Assembly: GCA_030744625.1 (NCBI GenBank)
Contig: JASLQF010000008.1
Coordinates: forward strand, 5,168 to 69,167
DNA length: 64,000 nucleotides
From: Rhodospirillales bacterium
GTDB taxonomy: Bacteria; Pseudomonadota; Alphaproteobacteria; Rhodospirillales; JASLQF01
Direction: 5' to 3'
Shown: positions 57,439 to 64,000 of the stretch, piece after piece
Numbering within the stretch: the stretch's first letter is position 1
Layout of the letters: each line of letters begins with the position of its first letter
Made by a program: the position numbers and the translations under genes
Notes under the pieces: generated by a model
Told to the model about the DNA's origin: nothing
What the model saw: the letters and a program-made list of their open reading frames with translations, nothing else
The model's database searches: none

Positions 57439-58210
57439 ATCTCCGGATTCCCAGCTTCTCGCCGGCCGCCACGCGGTCGTCACCGGTGGCGCCGGCGGCA
57501 TCGGCCGCGCCATCGCCGAACGTCTCGGGGGACTCGGGGCGCGGGTCAGCATCATGGGGCGCAACCAGGACCGCCTGGCCGCCGCCGCCGAGGACATGGG
57601 TGCCGCCGCCATCCCCTGCGACGTCACCTCCGAGGCCGCCGTCGAGAAGGCCTTCGCCGAGGCGGCGGAGCGCTCCGGCCAGGTGGCCATCCTGGTCAAC
57701 AACGCCGGCGCCGTGCAAAGCGCGCCCTTTACCAAAGTCAGTCTCGAACAGTTCACGGCGATGATCGAGGTCAACCTGGTGGGGGCCTTCCTGTGCTGCC
57801 GGGCGGTGCTGCCGGGGATGGTGGAGGCCGGCGAGGGGCGCATCGTCTGTGTCGCCAGCACGGCCGGCCTCAAGGGCTACCCGTACGTGGCCGGCTACTG
57901 CGCGGCCAAGCACGGGGTGATCGGCCTGACCCGCGCCCTGGCCCTCGAGGTGGCGCTCAAGGGCGTCACGGTCAACGCCGTCTGCCCGGGGTATACCGAC
58001 ACCGACTTGGTCGCCGGGGCCATCGACAACATCCGCGCCAAGACGGGGCGCAGCCGCGAGGACGTGCTCGGCGACCTGATCAAGGACAACCCGCAGGGCC
58101 GACTCATCGAGCCCGGCGAGGTGGCGTCCACCGTCGCCTGGCTGTGCGCGCCGGCCAGCGCCGCGATCACCGGCCAGGCGATCGCCGTGGCCGGCGGCGA
58201 GGTGATGTGA
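57431..58210 (+). CDS. Short-chain dehydrogenase/reductase (3-hydroxyacyl-CoA dehydrogenase-like)
   Basis: 259 aa; [12 protein letters not shown] and YCAAK (YxxxK); TTG start overlapping the upstream stop. Confidence 0.87.
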   Translation: MSESPDSQLLAGRHAVVTGGAGGIGRAIAERLGGLGARVSIMGRNQDRLAAAAEDMGAAAIPCDVTSEAAVEKAFAEAAERSGQVAILVNNAGAVQSAPFTKVSLEQFTAMIEVNLVGAFLCCRAVLPGMVEAGEGRIVCVASTAGLKGYPYVAGYCAAKHGVIGLTRALALEVALKGVTVNAVCPGYTDTDLVAGAIDNIRAKTGRSREDVLGDLIKDNPQGRLIEPGEVASTVAWLCAPASAAITGQAIAVAGGEVM

Positions 58211-58725
58211 TGGCGGGGACCGCAAAGACCGCCGCCGCCGTCCGCGACCCGGAACGGGACCGCCTGCGCCTGTGGATCAAGCTTTTCGACACCACCCACA
58301 TGATGGAGCGCGAAGTGCGCTCGGGCCTGCGCGCCCGTTTCTCCTGCACCTTGCCGCGGTTCGACGTCATGTCGGTGTTGGTGCGCACGACGGACGGCAT
58401 CACCATGGGCGACCTGTCGCGCCGGCTCAGGGTGTCGGCCGGCAACGTCACCGGCGTCGTCGAGCGCCTGGTCAAGGACGGGGCGGTGAAGCGCTGGTCG
58501 CCGCCGGCGGACCGCCGCACGTCGCTGGTGGCGCTAACGGCGCGCGGGCGCCGCGCCTTCGAAAGGATGGCGGCGGTCCATAAGCAATGGATCGACGAGA
58601 TGCTGGGTACCCTCGGCGACGACGAAGTGGTGGCGCTGATGCGCCATCTGGACAGGGTGAACGGCTCGGTGGATACCAGTACACATAACCAGGAAGGCGA
58701 TTTCCATGAATATGAGCGAACATAA
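58210..58725 (+). CDS. MarR family transcriptional regulator
   Basis: Last 171 aa of ORF 57793..58725, from [11 protein letters not shown]; winged-helix region [26 protein letters not shown]. Confidence 0.85.
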   Translation: MAGTAKTAAAVRDPERDRLRLWIKLFDTTHMMEREVRSGLRARFSCTLPRFDVMSVLVRTTDGITMGDLSRRLRVSAGNVTGVVERLVKDGAVKRWSPPADRRTSLVALTARGRRAFERMAAVHKQWIDEMLGTLGDDEVVALMRHLDRVNGSVDTSTHNQEGDFHEYERT

Positions 58726-59515
58726 GCCCCAACATTTCGAGTGGTCGTGCGAGGACGCGGTCGCCACCATCACCTTGAACCGGCCGGACAAGAAGAACCC
58801 GCTGACCTTCGAATCCTACGCCGAGCTGCGCGACACTTTCCGCGACCTCGCCTACGCCGACGACGTGCGGGCGGTGGTGATCACCGGCGCCGGGGGCAAC
58901 TTCTGTTCGGGCGGCGACGTATTCGAGATCATCGAGCCCCTCACCAAGATGGACATGAAGGGCCTGCTCGCCTTCACCCGCATGACCGGCGACTTGGTGC
59001 GCACCATGCGCAACAGCCCGCAGCCGGTCATCGCCGCCATCGACGGGGTGTGCGCTGGTGCCGGCGCCGCCATCGCCATGGCCGCCGACCTGCGCTACGC
59101 AACGCCGGAAACCAAGACGGCGTTCCTCTTCACCCGCGTCGGCCTGGCCGGATGCGACATGGGCGCCTGCGCCATGCTGCCCAGGCTCATCGGCCAGGGT
59201 CGGGCCTCGGACCTGCTGTTCAGCGGCCGCTCCATGAGCGCCGAGGAGGGCGAGCGATGGGGCTTCTTCAATCGGCTGTGTGCTACCGACGAGCTTCTTG
59301 GGGAGGCTCGGAAGTCGGCGGCGCGGCTCGTCGAAGGGCCCAACTTCGCCCACATGATGACCAAGACCATGCTCAACCGCGAATGGGACATGAGCCTCGA
59401 TTCGGCCATCGAGGCCGAGGCCCAGGCGCAGGCCCTGTGCATGCAGACGGCCGACTTCGAACGCGCCTTCAAGGCGTTCGCGGCGAAGGAAAAGCCCGTC
59501 TTCGAAGGCAACTGA
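58706..59515 (+). CDS. Enoyl-CoA hydratase/isomerase family protein
   Basis: 269 aa; [13 protein letters not shown] and [17 protein letters not shown] motifs. Confidence 0.9.
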   Translation: MNMSEHKPQHFEWSCEDAVATITLNRPDKKNPLTFESYAELRDTFRDLAYADDVRAVVITGAGGNFCSGGDVFEIIEPLTKMDMKGLLAFTRMTGDLVRTMRNSPQPVIAAIDGVCAGAGAAIAMAADLRYATPETKTAFLFTRVGLAGCDMGACAMLPRLIGQGRASDLLFSGRSMSAEEGERWGFFNRLCATDELLGEARKSAARLVEGPNFAHMMTKTMLNREWDMSLDSAIEAEAQAQALCMQTADFERAFKAFAAKEKPVFEGN

Positions 59516-59527
59516 GGACACGCCCCG

Positions 59528-60719
<1,192 letters not shown>

Positions 60720-60727
<8 letters not shown>

Positions 60728-62366
60728 GAAGACGGCCCACGTCGATACCTTCGCCGCCGACAATCTGCCGCCCCGCGACCAGTGGCCGGCTTTCAGCTTC
60801 GACCGCCCCGAGTTCCAGTACCCGGGGCGCATGAACTGCGCCACCGAGCTTCTTGACGATCAGGTGGCGGCGGGGTTCGGCGGCAAGGCGGTCTTTTACA
60901 CGCCCCGCGAGACCTGGACCTACGGCGAACTCCGGGAGCGCGCCAACCGCATCGCCCGCGTGCTGATCGAGGACTTCGCCATCGAGCCCGGCAACCGGGT
61001 AATGATCAGGGCCGCCAACAATCCCATGTTCGTGGCGTGCTGGTTCGCGGTGGCCAAGGCGGGCGGCGTCGTCGTCGCGGTAATGCCGCTGCTGCGCGCC
61101 GGGGAACTCGCCACCATCCTGGAGAAGGCGCAAATCGGGCTGGCGCTGTGCGACGCGCGGTTGGCCGAGGACATGGAGGAGGCGCGCCGCCGCGCCCCGG
61201 TGTGCGAGCGCATCTGTTATTTCAGCGGTTCCGGCGAAGCGGGCGCCGGCGCCGAGCTGGAGGACAGGGCCGGCGCCAAATCCGCCGACCTCGAGAACGT
61301 CGACACGGCGAGCGACGACGTCGTGCTCATCGCCTTCACCTCGGGCACCACGGGCCAGCCCAAGGGGACCACGCACTTCCATCGCGACATCATCGCCATG
61401 TGCGACGCCTTCCCGCGTTCCTGCCTCAAGGACGCGCCCGACGACATTTTCATCGGCAGTCCGCCCATCGCCTTTACCTTTGGCCTCGGCGGCCAGGTGG
61501 CGTTTCCCATGCGTGTCGGCGCCTCCACGGTGCTCCTGGAGGCGGCGCCGCCGGAGGCCCTGCTACAGGGCATCGAGGACTTCAAGGCGACCATCTGCTT
61601 TACGGCGCCGACCGCTTACCGGGCCATGTGCGCGCTCCTCGAAGGGTTCGATCTCTCGTCCCTGCGCAAGTGCGTCTCGGCCGGCGAGACCCTGCCCCTG
61701 CCCACCTTCGAGGCGTGGCGCGCCGCCACCGGGCACCGCATCATCGATGGCCTGGGCTCGACCGAGATGCTACACATCTTCATCGCGGTACCCGAGGACA
61801 AAACTCTTGCCGGCGCGACGGGGAAGCCCATTCCCGGCTACGAGGCCAGGGTCGTCGATGACGAAATGAAGACCGTGGCGCCGGGCACGGTCGGCCGCCT
61901 CGCCGTGCGCGGCCCCACCGGGTGCCGCTACCTGGCCGATGCGCGCCAGCGCGAATACGTGGTCGACGGGTGGAACCTGACCGGCGACGCCTACAAGATG
62001 GATGAGGACGGATACTTCTGGTTCCAGGCGCGCATCGACGACATGATCATCTCGTCGGGCCACAACATATCGGGGCCCGAGGTGGAAGCGGCGCTGCTGT
62101 CCCACGATGCCATCGCCGAGTGCGCGGTGGTCGCCTCGCCCGATGACGAGCGCGGCAACATCGTAAAGGTGTACGTGGTGCCGCGCTCCGGCGTCAGCGG
62201 CTCGGAGCAATTGACCAAGGAGCTGCAGGACCACGTCAAGGCCACCATCGCGCCCTACAAGTATCCGCGCGCCATCGAGTTCACCGACGCCCTGCCCAAG
62301 ACCCAGACGGGCAAGGTACAACGCTTCGTGTTGCGCCAACGCGAACAGACGAGAAGAGGAACATGA
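60720..62366 (+). CDS. AMP-forming aryl-CoA ligase (2-aminobenzoate/benzoate-CoA ligase-like)
   Basis: 548 aa; [25 protein letters not shown] and [10 protein letters not shown] motifs. Confidence 0.87.
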
Positions 62367-62770
62367 ACATGCGCATCCTTCAGCCCCCCGGATGGAAACG
62401 GCCGAGCGGCTATGCCAACGGCGTTTCGGCGAGCGGCCGCCTGGTCTTCGTCGCCGGCCAGGTCGGCTGGGACGAGAACGAGGTCATGCGCTCCGACGAT
62501 TTCGTCGACCAGGTACGCCAGGCCCTGAGCAACATCGTGGCCATTCTCGCCGAGGATGGCGCCGGCCCCGAGCACGTGACCCGCATGACGTGGTACTGCA
62601 CCGACAAGGGCGACTACCTGGACCACCTGGCGGACGTGGGCCGGACCTACCGCGAGATCATGGGCAGGAACTTCCCGGTGATGACCCTGGTCGAGATCTC
62701 GGGCCTCGTCGAGGACCGTGCCAAGGTGGAGATCGAGGTCACCGCCGTGGTGCCCGAGGGTGACGCATAG
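62363..62770 (+). CDS. RidA/YjgF family protein
   Basis: 135 aa; SGRLVFVAGQVG and MTLVEISGLV motifs; ATGA overlap with the ligase. Confidence 0.83.
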   Translation: MNMRILQPPGWKRPSGYANGVSASGRLVFVAGQVGWDENEVMRSDDFVDQVRQALSNIVAILAEDGAGPEHVTRMTWYCTDKGDYLDHLADVGRTYREIMGRNFPVMTLVEISGLVEDRAKVEIEVTAVVPEGDA

Positions 62771-62781
62771 GGGGGCCGCCG

Positions 62782-63246
62782 ATGGACGCCGACAGTTTCA
62801 AGGACCTGATCAAGCCCATCGCCGACGCCGTCGCCGGGCGGCCCGTCGAGGCGGCGCTGGGCGATACGTTGAACGAGAAGTTCCCACCCACGGGCGAGAC
62901 CTTCAAGGCCATCGAGACGGCTTGCCACGGAGCCGTCGCGGCCGGGTGGATGTGCGGGCGCGAGGCCGGTGGCATCGCTTTCGGGCGCGTCATCGAGCCC
63001 GATACGGCCCTCCACGGCTTGAGCGTCGACGTGGTGCGCATGGAGGACGTGAAAGGCCCCCATCACAGCCATCCCCTGGGCGAGATCGACATGGTGATGC
63101 CTCTCACGCCCGGTGCCGCTTTCGACGGCCAGAGGGCGGGATGGAAGGTGTACGGCCCCGGCACCGCCCACCACCCGACGGTGAGCGGCGGCGCGGCACT
63201 GGTGCTCTACCTGCTGCCCGAGGGGAAGATCGAGTTCACCAGATAG
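62782..63246 (+). CDS. DUF4863-like small protein
   Basis: 154 aa; GPHHSHPLGEIDMVMP metal-site-like motif. Family assignment is from memory only. Confidence 0.55.
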   Translation: MDADSFKDLIKPIADAVAGRPVEAALGDTLNEKFPPTGETFKAIETACHGAVAAGWMCGREAGGIAFGRVIEPDTALHGLSVDVVRMEDVKGPHHSHPLGEIDMVMPLTPGAAFDGQRAGWKVYGPGTAHHPTVSGGAALVLYLLPEGKIEFTR

Positions 63247-63335
63247 ATTCGGCACTTCGCCAACCGTCTTTCGGAGGTGGGCGGAGTGGGGTAGTATCGA
63301 TCGACGACAACCAAGAACCCTGGGAGGTTTCACTT

Positions 63336-64000
63336 ATGTACAAGCATGCAATGTGGTTGTTATCGGTCCTGGCGCTCGCGGTTTCGCCGGCGCTGGCCGC
63401 CGAGAAGGTCAAGATCGGGTTCGTCACCACCCTGACAACGCCGGCCGCCGTCATCGGCAACGACATGAAGGACGCCTTCGACCTGGCCTATGAGCACATC
63501 GGCGGCAAGATGGCCGGGCTGGACGTCGAGATCATCTACGAGGACGATGGCTTCAAGCCCGACATCGGCAAGCAGAAGACCGACAAGCTGGTGAAGCAGG
63601 ACGACGTCCACTTCGTCACCGGCTACATCTGGTCGCACGTCCTGCTGGCGTCCAGGAAGTCGGCCCTCGACGCCGGCAAGTTCCTGATCAGCGCCAACGC
63701 CGGCCCCTCGCAGCTCGCCGGCAAGCTCTGCCACAAGAACTTCTTCAACATTTCGTGGCAGAACGACCAGACGCCGATGGCTCTCGGCGAGGTGCTGAAC
63801 CAGCGCGGCGTCAAGTCGCTCTACATCATGTCGCCCAACTATGCCGCCGGCAAAAACATGGTCGCCGGCGTCGAGCGCACCTTCAAGGGCGCCATCAAGG
63901 GCAAGGACATGACCAAGTGGGGCAAGGACGCCCAATTGGACTTCTCCGCCGAGCTCGCCAAGGCCAAGGCCTCGGGCGCCGATGCCATCTTCGTCTTCTA
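63336..64000 (+). CDS. ABC transporter periplasmic substrate-binding protein (Leu/Ile/Val-binding family), N-terminal part only
   Basis: Absent from the ORF track because it runs off the right edge. My translation from ATG 63336 gives MYKHAMWLLSVLALAVSPALAAEKVKIGFVTTLTTPAAVIGND... Confidence 0.8.
   Translation, partial: MYKHAMWLLSVLALAVSPALAAEKVKIGFVTTLTTPAAVIGNDMKDAFDLAYEHIGGKMAGLDVEIIYEDDGFKPDIGKQKTDKLVKQDDVHFVTGYIWSHVLLASRKSALDAGKFLISANAGPSQLAGKLCHKNFFNISWQNDQTPMALGEVLNQRGVKSLYIMSPNYAAGKNMVAGVERTFKGAIKGKDMTKWGKDAQLDFSAELAKAKASGADAIFVF

Overview
This is a high-GC chromosomal segment that looks alphaproteobacterial, probably Rhodospirillales-like; that placement is inferred from gene content and order only. 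About 70 genes can be supported. I found no rRNA, tRNA, CRISPR array, transposase or integrase.

Core blocks:
- thrC plus an M16 peptidase.
- The aa3 cytochrome c oxidase operon (coxB-ctaD-ctaG-ctaE-DUF983). A divergent unit next to it carries ctaB, DUF420 and a degenerate oxidase-subunit-I-like protein.
- phaC, cysC and a GapR-like DUF2312 gene.
- A kynurenine module feeding an Azoarcus-type anthraniloyl-CoA (abm-like) catabolic cluster.

Accessory or unusual blocks:
1. A seven-gene operon joins a GAF-PP2C / RsbW-like kinase / STAS partner-switching triad to an MlaEFD-PqiC type transporter, with no sigma factor present. This is my best candidate for an undescribed regulatory system.
2. A copper-handling cluster lies convergent to the oxidase operon. 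It has two SCO genes, a cytochrome c fused to a Met-rich linker and an unknown domain, an 11-Met small secreted protein and a Cys-rich protein.
3. Two N-terminally extended DUF1326 paralogs sit in tandem with DUF2182 and a small lipoprotein.
4. A visibly AT-richer island carries a membrane hemerythrin and an orphan histidine kinase. It is partitioned by three clusters of GTCCGCT...AGCGGAC hairpin repeats.
5. A mer-like locus has two MerR regulators, MerF, a GDCCVxC protein, an MFS transporter and a thioredoxin-like protein. One promoter is near-identical to the Tn501-type merO, but merA, merT and merP are absent.
6. A cytoplasmic molybdoenzyme, a PaO-type Rieske oxygenase, an FprA-type reductase and a GntR regulator form a cluster.

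Three otherwise intact genes each carry a single in-frame nonsense codon at a family-conserved position: one SCO, kynA and kynU.

All calls come from reading the supplied translations and the DNA. No searches or computations were run.
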